Shown here: piece after piece, positions 49,101 to 62,978 of the stretch
Numbering within the stretch: the first letter of the stretch is position 1
Layout: each line of letters opens with the position of its first letter
From: Leptogorgia sarmentosa
Lineage: Eukaryota
Reading direction: 5' to 3'
Length of the DNA stretch: 64,000 nucleotides
NCBI GenBank assembly: GCA_964658305.1
Contig: OZ210884.1
Span: 7,812,001-7,876,000, forward strand
The notes under the pieces: generated by a model
What the model was told of the DNA's origin: nothing
Databases searched by the model: none
What the model saw: the letters and a program-made list of their open reading frames with translations, nothing else
Position numbers and translations under genes: made by a program

Positions 49101-52100
49101 GGGAGGGAACGAATCTTGTTTCGTTGTAAATCTCTGAAAATAGCACATGATACAAATGATCACCACAAATAATCGTCACGTAATCGGTAATCACTACAAA
49201 TATTCGTCATTCCACGAAAATTAGAATGAGGTTAATTAGATTAGAAAATGGTGAAGCAATTCCATGAAGATTAATTAAATTTATATGAAGTAGAGATGTA
49301 TAGTAAGTCTGTAATCACTTACAATACATTAAGATGTACCAAATTCTTGAATGATCCCGTCTCAATTATCTTGATGTCATTATCATAAAGATCTCTATGG
49401 AATGAGTGATATAAGAAGACTTCATGCAAATACGATCAGCTACTGTATGCCACTTTTAGTACATATTTTTAAACTTTGATATTTGATTTTACATACAAAC
49501 AATCAATATAAGGTCTTGCACCTCGTATAGAGGAATGATATATATAAAGGGATACAGTTTTACTTACAATTCCCGTAGAAACCTTAGTTTATCAAACCAC
49601 GATGCTCTTAAGTAAATCATTTTGTTTTCACCAAGAATCCTAAAGCAAATATGAAGAAAAAACAGCGCGAGAATATCATGGAAGCAACCTGCATACATGA
49701 GACGTCACGATTGATAATTAGTCACTATAATGTGTTAGATTACTGTTTGCTTTGGGTTTAATTTTATTTGCACTGCAGGAATACGGCGTTTTGTGGAAAA
49801 ATCAGTGGTAATCTTGCCCTTTCCCTCCCCACCAATTTTTAGTTGCATTCCTAATTTGTTTATTGCATGTACATAGTATTTTCCATAGATAAATAACTAC
49901 AATTAGTAAGGCGAATAAATGTGGATGGTAAACGTGCGTTTTCAAACCAATAACAACAAAAGGGTGATTTCTATAGCGGATACTTTTTGGGGGACATCCT
50001 TTTTACCGTTCTGTGTTTTGTTTTGAAAAGCCAATACACACACACGTGCATACGCCATGACAACAATTAAGCCGACTATAAACAACGAAAACATTTAGCC
50101 CTACTTACAAAACCTGAAGAGAGATAAGCGGATGAAATAAATTTTCTGCCATACTTCGAATCTTGTTATTTCTCATGTTTCTAAACATTCAAGTTATATT
50201 TAAGAATTAGGATATCCGGCTGTACGTATTATAATAACATTTGTGATCCCAAAAAAATCATTCAAATAAAAAGAAACATAATGCATGCAAGTTGCAAAAA
50301 ATTCAATGAGCGAAGTTGTTAATCCATCTTCCAGACACAGAACAATAAGACAATCTGGCTATGATTATATTACATGCGCAGCATTTACATGCTTACAGTT
50401 GAGTCAAATTTCTCAGATTCTTGAACGAGTCAGCTTGGATTTTGCGAATGTCATTGCCATACAGGTCTCTACAAAATGAAATAGTTCAATGGTAGAATTG
50501 GTTGCAAGTTGTCAGAAAATTAGCCAGGTAAGACATGGCTTTACATGGACAGGTTTTCGGAATTTTTAAATGAAGTGATCAAAAACACTTTTCACTCCAG
50601 TCAACTATTTGAACTTTCTGCATTCGTAGTTTTTTTTTTGTTAAATTCTGAATGTCTATATTATATTGTCTTTGTTAATTTCTGAATTTCTATATTATCT
50701 ATAATTACGTAACTTATCTGCTTACAATATTCTGAGGCTTGTCAGATTTTGAAACCAAGATTTTCTCACATCAGTCAACTTGTTATTTCTAAGTATCCTA
50801 TGTATAACAAATTAAATGTTAATATAATTTTATCGTACGCAGGGAAAAATCTCAGCCATAATTATTTTCGAAACTTTAGCAATGAAAAATCTATACAAAT
50901 ATCATTATGACGAAGAGGAAATTCTAGTCCGTAACACACAAACCAGGAACCCCCAAAATCCTTCACTTTACTGCCCCATCATGCGAATGGGCGGATCGCA
51001 CGAAAAAGATTTTGGGTTGTCCCTAAGGCCATTGTCATAGCAAGAATATACATTACAATTTTCGTTTGTTAAAATATGTATAACATGTCAGACATGGGTA
51101 CAAATATAATAAATGTAAAAATGTATATAAAGGAATTGTTTACTATTTATTGCAGCATTCGCATACTTACAGTATCTCAAGCATGTTAAGACCACCAAAG
51201 GTTTTTCCTTCTATGTCAGCAATTTTGCCATTGGTAAAATTACTAGAAATCAAAGAAAAATATTCAATTCATCTTTATTAACGTCACATCAAAATGAATG
51301 TATATTTGTGACCAATAACGTAACGTTTTGCAAAGTTGTGATAACTGTACTTACATACTATATAAACCAGTCAGGTTTTCGAAGTCGTTGTTATCCAACT
51401 TTGGAATGGAAAGATTTTCAAAATAACTGTATTAAAGAATAAACATTCTCCTGATCCATAAACGAAAGGTGGGAGTGGGACACGGCTGTTAAGGCAAGGC
51501 TGTACGATTCTGCAAGCTTGTTGCGGTAGCGGTTGACTGGGGGTTATACTGTATGTAGTTAATTTAATTTCTTAGGGGAGAGGGGGGCAGGAATTTGTTT
51601 CTTTTTACCGCACTTCAGAGGTGTCCATGGTTCTCGACTCAAATTTTTTTCTAACATAAAATTTTCATTTTCCCACAGAAGATTCATGCGCGAGGGGGAA
51701 TGGGCAAGGGGGAATGGGCAAGGGGGAATGGAGGGTAGATGTCACACTTAGGGTGTGTCAACCCTAAGCAAAAGCAGTGTTGATATACTCACATAGCTTT
51801 CGTGTTGTTGGGAAGAACTGGCATTTTCATTAGGTTGCCAGTTGCTATGGCAATAAGATTACTTGTATTCCGGAACGGAGAACAATGCACATCCGTTGAA
51901 CAGGCGGCTGTATAAAAAATGCACAAAGCTAGGAAGAGATAATCTGAGATGACTGCGTATTATTACTGCCATATATATGACGGGCATTTTGGAACTATAA
52001 CTGAAGCACCAATGCTTTGCTCACGTGTTCATCTATTCCACCAGGGCGCAATAGGCGTGTTTTATTGCGCCCTGATTCCACGTAGATACGTATACGTATA

Positions 52101-52611
52101 CATGTCATATCTACCTAATCTTATTGCATCATGCACGTCCGCCTCTTAATTATTTTCATGCAAGACTTTTCATGGCCAGATATCAAATTTTGACATGCAT
52201 GTTTTATTAAAAAGTGAAACAATAATTATTCTAGATATGTAAATGAGGTGAAAGCTAGCTTGAAAGCAAGACATTCGCAATGATGAATGTTTCAGCACCT
52301 AATTTTGGTTTTAGTATTTCTCGCTTATAAAACCACGCCGCTGAAAAGGACCTATATATGAGTTCCTGCCATGAAAAGTTTTTGATTTTTGTGTATTTAG
52401 AAATCAGTTATGGACTTTTGGTACCAAAGCAATTAAAAGCAGTTTTGATATTGTCTACTTTATCTGAAACACCCCTGTCATTAGAACGTGTAATTCAGTG
52501 GCAGGAAAGAATTAACAAATATTGTAAGGACATACCTTTGACTGGAGGAATCGACAGTAAAATGATGAAATGTGTCATGATAAAAATAATGTATGTTGCA
52601 GATTGTGACAT
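46149..52611 (-). CDS. Leucine-rich-repeat GPCR, RXFP/GRL101-like 7TM
   Basis: Signal exon 52611-52536, N-cap exon 51907-51793, seven 72-nt LRR exons (51426-51355, 51242-51171, 50797-50726, 50180-50109, 49639-49568, 49394-49323, 49133-49062), hinge/TM1 exon 47560-47375 and 7TM exon 47043-46149. Motifs: NLAAADLLMGVYL, ITLDR, CLP, ADFLCWFP, LPINSSINPYLY. Confidence 0.93.
47778..48798. mobile_element. ~1-kb non-autonomous Tc1/mariner-type DNA transposon in an LGR intron
   Basis: TIRs CAGGGGGTTGCCAAAAAAAAAAGAGCCCC / GGGGCTCTTTTTTTTTGGCAACCCCCTG flanked by TA on both sides. No transposase ORF seen. Confidence 0.85.
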
Positions 52612-54939
52612 GACTGCACCTGCAATAAAAATATCATATTAATGTCAGATTATGTCATGACATATGATAATAAAGAATCGCTATTTTCCGATTTGGAACT
52701 GCCCTTTCATGCACTCAACCAAATTCGCAAAGTATTCAGTCATTTAATTCCCTTTACGTAATGTTAGGAGCAGAAGCAAGAAGATTATATTATATGTAGA
52801 ATGCTCATTCAATGATCGGAGTTGCTTGAAATTAATTATAAATCCATCGTGGAATATACTACGAGAACTCCAACATTTTAAGCTGATTTTCTTTTATACA
52901 TAACATATTCCACAAAACTGAGTTATTTGAGAGCAAACTAAAAATTCAGTTTCTTAATAACATGAAAATCACGTAGTAAATCTTCAATCACATACTCTAT
53001 CGAAAATTTGCCTCATCGCCAAATTATCTATCCGCAGGGAAAATATTTTAAAGTATAAGTTAATTGTACTATGCATACCTTCTGTATACCAGCTTTGTCA
53101 ATGCGAAAAAACCAAATCCGAATATTATTCTTGTTAACGCCGGATGATGTCTTTTAGTAATTTGGTAAAATGTTTCAAGGAATACTTGGGAACAATATGT
53201 TACAGTCTATAATGAGGTGATCTTTCATAAATCCTAATAATAAAAGTTTTAATAATGATGATAACTATGCAAGTTATTAAATATAGTTAAATATAAAATG
53301 CTTGTAACGACAGTTGCAATCATTACGAACTGAACACCCAAAAATAAATCCTTCACCGGTATATAATGGCAAGAAGAAATAGCCCTGACAATATATCGCG
53401 CGTGGATATATATAATAACGTTAAACTTAATTTAGACTTGAAATGTTCTACAAAAAATTAGTAGTTATTTGTTAGCCCTACTTGTCATGAATCAATATAA
53501 AAAATATATAAACTATATCAAAATTTGGTTTAATATCAGTTATACTGGGCCATGATGATTAAAGTAAATGCAATATTGGGGAGTATATTTTTTAATAATT
53601 ATTAAAGTAATCATAACAAAAAATGAAGCATATATTTAGAATTTCGAGGACATCCAATGCGTATAAATATTTCAAATATATATAGCTTGCTGTGGATCCA
53701 ATTTTTGCATGATTTACAATGCAAAGAATTATATATATGCTTATAAAACGTTCAGGTTAAAGGAATTTATTGAAATGTCAGGTGCTGTATTTAATTAATA
53801 TCTTCCGTAAACTGACGCTTGAAATTAATTCTCTCCGTGTTCGGTACTACTTGCATAAAAATGCCTTCAAAATGCAATAAGTTTGGCATTTTAATATTAA
53901 AACAGGAGGAGACTTTATTATTTAGCCAGCAGGTGAAAATGGAGCGTCTGAGGGGCCGTTTCCCAAAGCCTTCGCGTCATGGGTCGAGGGACACTGTTAA
54001 TGATAGTTAAAAAGCTAGCCACCAATCTCCTTTGCATGGCGGGCCTAAAAGAACACTCCAATTTTCTCCTGAAGACTTATGCCACTGAATTGCATTCGGC
54101 GTAGAATTCTGTGTTTCATTCAATCCGTTTTTGAGTCCATATGCCAATGTAATTTCTCGTATTAAATATAACATTTTATAATATGACACGGCCAATCGCA
54201 TTCTATACCATGCACGCGACAACGACATTGTTATGATCCAGACCGCAGACTGGACGAAATAGGACCTTTGCATACAGGAATGCGTAGGAATGGAGGGCAG
54301 TATTGTTCAAGAAATGTTTGCTTGAGAGAATACATCGTATACCTTTTATATCGCGAATGTTTCTCTGTCTCAGACCTTCGAGCCTCGCTCTCGTGACTGA
54401 ATACGGATGTTGTAGGACACGGAACAGCGGGGACTTCGAGAAAATACTTTGAAATATAAGTGGTTGTCGCAACTACTGTATATATGATAATTCCATAGAC
54501 CATGCAGTCTGATAAAATTACTCAGGAATGTTAACGTTAAAAAACGATTTAATTCTTTGCTTGGCGGGAAAAAACTTGTTCCTAGTAAAAAAGCTTCAAT
54601 AGTCATTATTATGGTAGCTATACACACTATGAACACTGCGCTTGTCAGCACTGATTTATTACGCTTAACAATATCACACTTAATCTACAACCCAGTCATT
54701 GTTGACAAAATTTGTATAGCTTTTGAAATCTTGAAATATTGTTCAATTAAGTTTGTATATATATCAACAGTTATTATAGTTGCCGATTTTTTTTCTCGTA
54801 TTGCATGGTGTTTTCCCATATCTTTCTAAAACTACAGTTCAACGTGCTGTTGATTGTATATAGCTCATTTTGTTGCCCATTAATATTACAAACTGCTGTG
54901 AACAGTAAACAGTCTCTGTCTTTAGTAAAAGAGGCGGAG

Positions 54940-57900
54940 ATGATTTTGCTGAAGGAAACCAGCATGCATGTGACAATAATATTATACGCTTGTTTCACAT
55001 GAATATTCCGAAGGTATTTTGACTGCACAAGCGGCTAAACTAAAGCTATCTATGAAGAAAACCTTGAGAACTCACACCAAGTGCTTTTTATGGGCCTGGT
55101 TTTCGTTTACCGAGGCGTTAGATTGATAAAAACAGACGAATTTCAATGGCATTTCCTGGTCGCGGTGAATTGTTCATGTATTCGAGTCTTTGTGAAGAGT
55201 ACAATGAGTTGAACATGATATTTTCATGTTGTTTCAGCTTATTCGGCAACAATAGCGTATATAATGTATTGACAAAAATACAAAAAGGCATAATCGTTCG
55301 ACCTCCTCATACAGTATGGTTTAAAGTTCTTTTCTCATTAAAGATTTTTCGTGAAACTGTAAGTGTTTATATTATCTACATCTACTTGTCAGTATTACGT
55401 ATAAAACTTTAACCTCCTGTCTGTTTCGACAAGTTATATATTTTACTTACGATATACAGATTTTCTCAAAATTGTATAGGCCACAATCATGTATATTGCA
55501 AAGATTATTTTTCACTGATAACGAACTATAGCTAAGGAATTAATGTTTACGAGATTCTATATCGTACGAGTTAACATTTAATTTCTGGCATATTATAAAA
55601 TCTTATTCATTACTTTCATTGCTAATTGAGCTCAATGGCGAAATTTTGTATAAAAATCTGTATATATCCACATGTATATATAGTAATCATGTACGTACCA
55701 TGTATGTGATAATGCTCTATGATCTGACAAAGTTTGAATAAAAACTTCGATAATAATTTCTAGAACTATATATATAAGAAATTTGTTTCCGCAAACATTT
55801 TACAGGTACACGTACCTGTATTCCAGACCATGCACCACATTCTATTACGCTCATAGTCGGTGCACTGGGCGCTATGGCTTGAGCGTTTTTTTTCATGGTC
55901 CCCATGGATTATAATTTGATTGATTTGCATTTTTCTCATGCGTGGCAGTCACGACTGTCACGCAATAGCGTAGCACAGCAGGAGGGGGGAAGTAGCAAGC
56001 ATACGAACTTTCTAGTCTTTCTAGTCTAAGGCTTAGCAAGTATACAAATATTGGGAGCGACCTGGATAATAAAGTGGGCACCTCAAATGTGAAGGACGCT
56101 TTGAATTGATTCGGTGGTTCCTAGGATAAGCTTTTTGTCTAATGCCAACTTCAGTCATTGTTATACTAATTAGATACCAAACACATTTCAGTCATCAACA
56201 ATGCAATTGCCAGGCGTGAAAATGTTTTTACTCATTATATAATAGATTCGTAATGGTGTTTTGGTACTTAACAGTTCTCGTGGTGACTGGATTAGCTTTT
56301 TATGCCAATGGGGTAAGGAAACACAAGCCGTTTTTGTAATAATATTACACGGCCTAAATAGTTGTAGCAATTTTCAAAAATTACTTCAATACAAACCCAT
56401 TCTTTTTGGTGTCCCAAATGAATTAAATAAAATATTCTTCACATTTGTATTATAAGGCCAGAAATTCGTTATATTCGAGCATGAAAATGACGGCTACAAA
56501 TGTCAACAGGTTGTTGTAAACTTGTTCAATTGTAAACACAATTTTTCGGTATCTTAACAGCAAATTAGCGTGATAAATGATTACAACCCAGGATCATGTG
56601 ATCAACAAAGTCACGGTAAAGAAGTACTGGTGAAAGATCGAAGTGATAATGACAAGATATTGATATGCGTGAAAGAAAACAGTATCTATTTCTGGAAATC
56701 TGTTGACGGTGAGATTGACAATAGATAAATCATTAATATTATGTAAGGCAACTAATAATTTTTGGATTAATAACAAATTTAAGTCATCTCTTGGTATATA
56801 TATCACAAATGTGCAGGCAAACCAATATTTTTTCCCAAAAAGGTTCCAAAACTCTTGGTGAATTTATTAACCCAGCCAGAGATTGTTCAGATGTTCTGAA
56901 CCATGATCCACAGGCCAATGATGGATTTTATTGGATAAACCTGAAGATCTTTAAGGCAAAGAAGGTAATTGTAATGTGTATTGGTCAGTGATATTGGAAG
57001 GTAATGTGTATTGGTTATGACCGATGAAGCTGTCCAAGTCAAATTCTTCTGTGGAAGAAAATATTGGGTTGTATGTAAGATAACAAAAAAATAATCAAAC
57101 ATATTTTACAAAAAGGCCAAATGTACTAATAGGATGATATTTAAAGCATTGGTTTAGTTTTATCAGTTAAACTTCTATTTCAATGCCAGGTCTGGTGTGA
57201 TATGACTACGGACGGGGGAGGATTCATTCTGGTTGGTCGAAAAACCACACCCAAAACATGGACACTTCCATCTAATGCTATTCCAGTCCATCCTTACGGA
57301 TCTCCTCATTGGTCCAGTTCTCTTGGCGATTTGCCAATTATGGACTTCAGAATACAAATTGCAACAAGTAATAATTTGAAAGCCACCAAAGCACATTGGT
57401 AGGTTTTTCATTTCTGCATTGCAGAATTCGGATCTCTGGTCGGCGCAGGGTTTCAATAATGTGGACAAGCCCCAATAACAAACCACTTTAAAGGTGTTAA
57501 AATACAACGATAAACTTCGACGTCTCTGACACATTACCCTGCGTTGGGAAGTTATAACTAGAATCAAGACATGGCTAAATAGGTCACTAGAGATATTTCA
57601 TACAACCGGTTAGCTTATATAAAAATATTTCAAACTAGTTTTCAGTTTAACACCGAAACATTATCCAGTGTAAATAAGTTACCAAAAGACCAGAGCAATA
57701 ACTATCAATTAGAATTTTATAACTTAGATGAATATTTGAGGTGCTATACACTTATACTGTACGTTCCTATTAAGGCTTTACAGGTTGAAATCAACACGTC
57801 CTTTAAAACAACTGATGCTGAAATCAAATGAGTGTGGTTGGTCAGATGCTGGGATTGCTGACATTGCTTATGTGAAGGATTTGCAAACGGATACTATTGT

Positions 57901-60900
57901 TAGTCAAAACTTTTCGTGCTCGAAATTCGGCTTTGGCTATCCACCAGTAACAGGCTATGGCTGGGTAAATAACTTATTGTGTGAAAATTTCTTTACCTCC
58001 GTTTAGAAAGACACGATCTTTCACATGATAAAGCTTTAATATTTATCTTTAAATTATGAAGGAATTGTATAGCTAAAACAAGACCTACGCATGCAGTATA
58101 TGTGTAATTTGACAATTACAAAATCTCGTTTTCTCAATCATTAGAATAGCATGAATCAATGCCTTCAGAAACCTTGTCCTTGGGGTTATGCTAAAAAAAC
58201 CAACTCCTCTCAACATGATTATCATGGGTCATTCAGGTAGGTTGACAATATATATAAAATCGCGACCTAAGTTGTCTCAAAAACTTTAGTATTTCATGAA
58301 AACACGTTTATGCTAATTGATATGTACATAAAACTTTAGCTTCGATTTTTGTCGACTTGTCATTACTGAACTAGTAAGGTAAGAAGGGTGGCTCAGGTCT
58401 AAAACTCTCGTTAAAAGCACGAGTGGGTTTACCCTCAACGCTTTTACAGGTGTATTCGTATGCATTTTATGAATGTATATGTAAAGAATGGTTCGGCATT
58501 GTTTGTTTGATGTCATTACTATATAGAATTACAAAAAACTGGGTTTTTTGGAATTGTCGGTTGGGAAGGGGTTCTGATATAAATAATTATTTATTTGATA
58601 TTCTTGTAATCATGGTGTTGATATGTTTTCATAGCTACAGCGCAGTGCAAGAGATTTCAGGAATGGAAAAGGGAGCGACCGCTTATGTTGGTTGTGATGG
58701 AAATAAGGTAGCTACATTATTTAGAAAAGGTTTCTTTACTTTATAATAAGAGTCATAATTGAAAATACTTGGCTGTTACGGTAATTGCATACGGAAATGA
58801 TACTTTTCAAGAAAACACGTTAATACAAATATATCATTGCGACAGCTGTGCGCTTGAGCGGTCAGAAAGCAAATGTAATATTTTAATTATGATGGAATAT
58901 CTGTCCCTTCTAGTGTTGCGGTTGTTTTGGTCCTATTGGTGGAAGAAAAAACTACTGTTCACAAAATTGCAACCAAGCTATCAACGGTGGTACCGTTACA
59001 GGTCAAGTTTTTACGTGGTTTTGGGTGCGGCCTAGCCTTCCTAATATACTTTGGAAAAAATGTATGGACTACAAAATAAAATCAAAAAATGGAAAGTACA
59101 CCTGGTATAAGCTCGTTGATGGGAGTTTTGTCCCTGTTGAGGTATAAACATCTTGTTTAATTTTCCACTGTTATAGCCATATAGAGCTAGCCTTCAATGC
59201 TATACAAGCCCACTTCCCCTGTGGTAACCTGATCTGCGCATGTCTTTATGTCAGAACATGAACGAGTTCTTCTTTGTTCTTCTTTGATTCCACATTTTCC
59301 AATTATAGTACTGTGCAAAAGTTATAGGCACCTCGTGAAAAAGCATTTGACGCCATCTTATTGTAAACTTATACGATAAGATGGCGTCAAATGCTTTTTC
59401 ACGAGGTGCCTATAACTTTTGCACAGTACTGATTTGTGTTTATGTTTTCAAAGGGACGCTGCAACGAAAAGGATGTGAATCTGCTTGATGGAGTAAGTTA
59501 AAACAAAAATAAAAATAAATAAGTACCATAAAAAGTTATCGAAAAATGACAAATTCTATTTTCTATACAATCATTACAGTTGAGGAATAATGAACAATTT
59601 TCGCATGGTTGAAATAATTGTAATATTTTTTGATGTTCAAATTAGGTTGCTGTTGTACCAAAAGGAAAAAGCATTCCTAATATTTCTGCCATGCTGGCCT
59701 ATCGCAAGGAAGACAAGCAAATGTATGTGAGATCAAATGGAAGTTGGAGCGCACTGGCTGAAAAGGACAAGGTATTTATTATGATCGCGATGTTCAAACT
59801 TTCATCAGTTTGATCGATAGCAGTCTGTACACGTCTTCCATGCATCTGCATTCGTGTATTTTTCAATTTTTAATGTATCCAATCTTTGAAAAAAAAATTG
59901 AACCTCTTGCGTGTGATAGTCAATGATAGTCATGTAAATTTGTAAAAAATATAACACTGTTATTCAGTAATTTGTCACCACATTATGTATTAGATGAAAT
60001 ATTTTAGCCTCGTTGTTGCAGATTTTAAAAGAATTGCCGTCATTGGTAAAACCAAGTTTACAGAACATTGAGGACAAGATAGGAAAAGAAATAAGCGAGG
60101 TATAACTATATTATTCAACTGTAACACTTTTCCAAAAACCCTTTCGTTTCGGCAAATATCCTCGCTTTTTTGGCACAACGGTAAACTGAATAATTTTACT
60201 GGTATTCGACTTAAGAAAAAATATTGTAATCAAATTTCAGTATTGTAGTTAATTTTCCTAACGCAGATTGGCAGTACTAACGAACAACTAAACAAATAGA
60301 TAGAGGACAATTTGAACAATGGAAATGTATTGAATCTGTATTACAATGATGTTAATTAATAGGAAATTATAACTTGTTCTTGAAGTATTAGTGAATTAAT
60401 AGTTTTTGAATCACATAATGTTCTGTACAATTTCATGACACAAATCTATTGAATATAAAGCATAATAAATATGCCTGAACAAAATACATGAAATTGTTAA
60501 TCGTAAGATAATAATGGGGATATTTTTCTTTTTATCAAGAAAGTGGACATACAAGTGAAACCCAAGTTGGACGAATTGAACAAACGACTTGACGCACAGA
60601 ACATCAGTGTAAGATCTTGTCAAGAAAATAATGTGATCTCACATCGAATAAAATTCTGATCCCATCAACCATTTTTTAATTTTAGATTTCACGAAGACTT
60701 GAGAAGGTTGCAAATGAAATACAGGCGTTAAAAAACGCTTTAGCTTCTTCTCCAACAACGTCCTGTAAGTTGACATTGTAGTGGTATTTCTTTTCCGATC
60801 AATGCTGGTATTACGTATGGGGCAACAACACAGTCCACCGCATTGCGCTGCATTACATACCGTATCACAGTGCATGTGCGACTGTTTCATGCGGATAAAC

Positions 60901-61927
60901 ATCTAGTAACAGTTTCTTCTGACTAGCAACGATTCAGAAAATACACCACCGCCCTTAATTAATATGCTTTTACAATTAATGTTGTCCTTCATATTCTTTG
61001 TGCTACTTTTTTTAAAAAAGTTCTTATATTTGTCAAATAATAACTATATTATTGGGACTGAAAAAGATGACCTTCACTGACTAAGCCGAGTTGTTCATTG
61101 TTCACTAGTACAATAATATACAATAAATATGTCAAATTCTAAACGCCTGAAATATGTCAAATCTCTGATAGCTGTATGTTAGAGTTAAAGCCCGAGAACC
61201 GAGGCTTTTTGCAAGATAAAGCCCGAGGCTAAATTAAGCCGAGATTCGAGGGCTTTAACTGACTTGTTATATGTTTTCTCAAGAAAAACGTTTGAAATAC
61301 ACTTTGCACATATGAGAGTATGTGTTTGATTTTCTTGTGTTTATATGATTCGATTAGGTGTGTCCTTATAAATCCAGATAAAGCTCGGCAATTAATAGCG
61401 GGCTTTATCTGGATAAAGCCTGTGAATTTATAAACTGGTATTTATGCTAAATACAGATCTAGGAATAACAAAGAAAACCGCGTCAATCATATATTAATAA
61501 GTGCCTATAAAATTTTTCAGCGACTCCCATTCGTGCTGAATGCACTCCTGGGTCAGGAAGCGTGGATTCGAGTGGCTACAGTTGGCTGAACGAAAGCAGC
61601 CGTTTCAAGGAGCACACCACGTTATCCGTGCACTGCGACGATACACTTTCTAATGGATGGTATAGATTTGGAGGTGGAGCTGGTACCCAGATTGCCACAA
61701 CATGCGTGCCCATCAGAAGATGTGGAACTCATGCACCAGGTTGGATGAAAGGATCGCATCCTACTGAAGCAGAAGGAAAGGTTATCCGTATGGTGGCTTT
61801 TCACTGGGATGGTAATTGTTCCAAATGGGCCCAAAGTATCCAAGTGATCAATTGTGGGGCATTTTATGTTTATTATCTTGGTCCGCCGGCGGCTGGATGT
61901 TCCTTGAGATACTGCGGTTCATCATAG
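54940..61927 (+). CDS. Multidomain extracellular protein: fibrinogen/COLFI-like N-motif domain, Cys-rich region, collagen-trimerization-like motif, coiled coil, uromodulin-type D8C domain. The 5' end may carry a nonsense codon.
   Basis: In-frame exons 56561-56708, 56843-56964, 57190-57398, 57775-57964, 58145-58236, 58635-58707, 58914-59141, 59454-59492, 59646-59771, 60540-60608, 60686-60764, 61521-61927. Candidate 5' exons 54940-55013 and 55238-55313. Motifs: NPARDCSD..DGFYWI..VWCDMTTDGGGFILV and GWYRFGGGAGTQI...CGTHAPGWM...HP...INCGAFYVYYL...CSLRYC. Confidence 0.82.
59307..59430. mobile_element. Near-perfect hairpin MITE (Tc1-like ends)
   Basis: About 55-bp perfectly complementary arms AGTACTGTGCAAAAGTTATAGGCACCTCGTGAAAAAGCATTTGACGCCATCTTAT and its reverse complement, with a short spacer. 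Confidence 0.85.
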
Positions 61928-62741
61928 TAATGAGTTTGGGGCAAGATCCGAGTTGACAATTATATTTACTCTTGTTTATTAAACTAACTTCGATATAAAT
62001 GCACTCAACTTTAATGCATGGTTGTTCAATTTTTAGGACTACAAACAACAACCTCGTATAAGCTAGCTGTTTATCACGCTTGGAAAACTCTGTCATATAG
62101 ACAATTATTTTTTATTCTAGCAGGAACTTATTGAGTTGAATGAAAATCAGAATAGGGCACACACGCAATCACAGCACGTTTTTTGTCTAATGTTTTTTGG
62201 AAATAATTATTACACATAGATAATTTGTGTGGTTTACTCATGCATTGAGAGCTTTAGTATGACACAACTTATTCAATAACACAATTATTAACTAATACTT
62301 AAGTTTGATCTCGACTCTGGTCTCCGCTCGATTTTCGATTCGTTTTGTTCAACTGTACAGGGTGTCCCAAAAAATTGGATGCCGTCACTACTGAGATTAA
62401 CTAACCTAGTGGCTACAGAGATTTTTGATAAGATCACATTTTTTTTGTCTTTGCTTACACTCAAATAATATGTCGACAAGAGTGCTTTGCTTTGATGAAC
62501 GTGAATGAAAACTCGGTTTTCTAACGCTAGCTAAATTTTGGGGGCGAAACTACAGCGTTGTTTTTTTTCAAAACGGAAATCCGTCATGAAGCACATGAAC
62601 AGAATACATGAATATACACACACAATTAATGTTCTAATTTCGCCCCTGCAGAATAATGTTACTGTTAAGTATTGGGATGATGAAGTTTAATTGTTTTAAG
62701 GCTACAGCAGCTGCCAAATGAACTATTAAAATCACAATGAT

Positions 62742-62978
62742 CAGTGGCGCAGCGCGGCCACTGCCTCAGGGGGGGGAGTTAGATGTAGACTTCACATTTT
62801 ACCAACAAATAAAATTTTTCTTGTCAATTTCCGAACCGGTTTTAATAAATATGCCGACTAAACACCTTTTTCCTTGTTTTACCGACGGTTTTTCTTTGCA
62901 TATTTTCAGGTTTACCGACGAATCTCCCAAATCGGGAAGGGTGTCGCACCCCCACACCCCCCATTCGTTACGCCCTTG
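62742..62978. mobile_element. hAT-like MITE
   Basis: CAGTGGCGCAGC...GTTACGCCCTTG ends with G/C tracts. Flanks ACAATGAT / ACAAAGAA resemble a decayed 8-bp TSD. Internal sequence shared with 5914-5996. Confidence 0.65.

Noticed and set aside
53930..54651. Cluster of 64-93 aa ORFs resembling a decayed gene
   Set aside because: Frames contain multiple stops and I recognise no family; would need a translated search.
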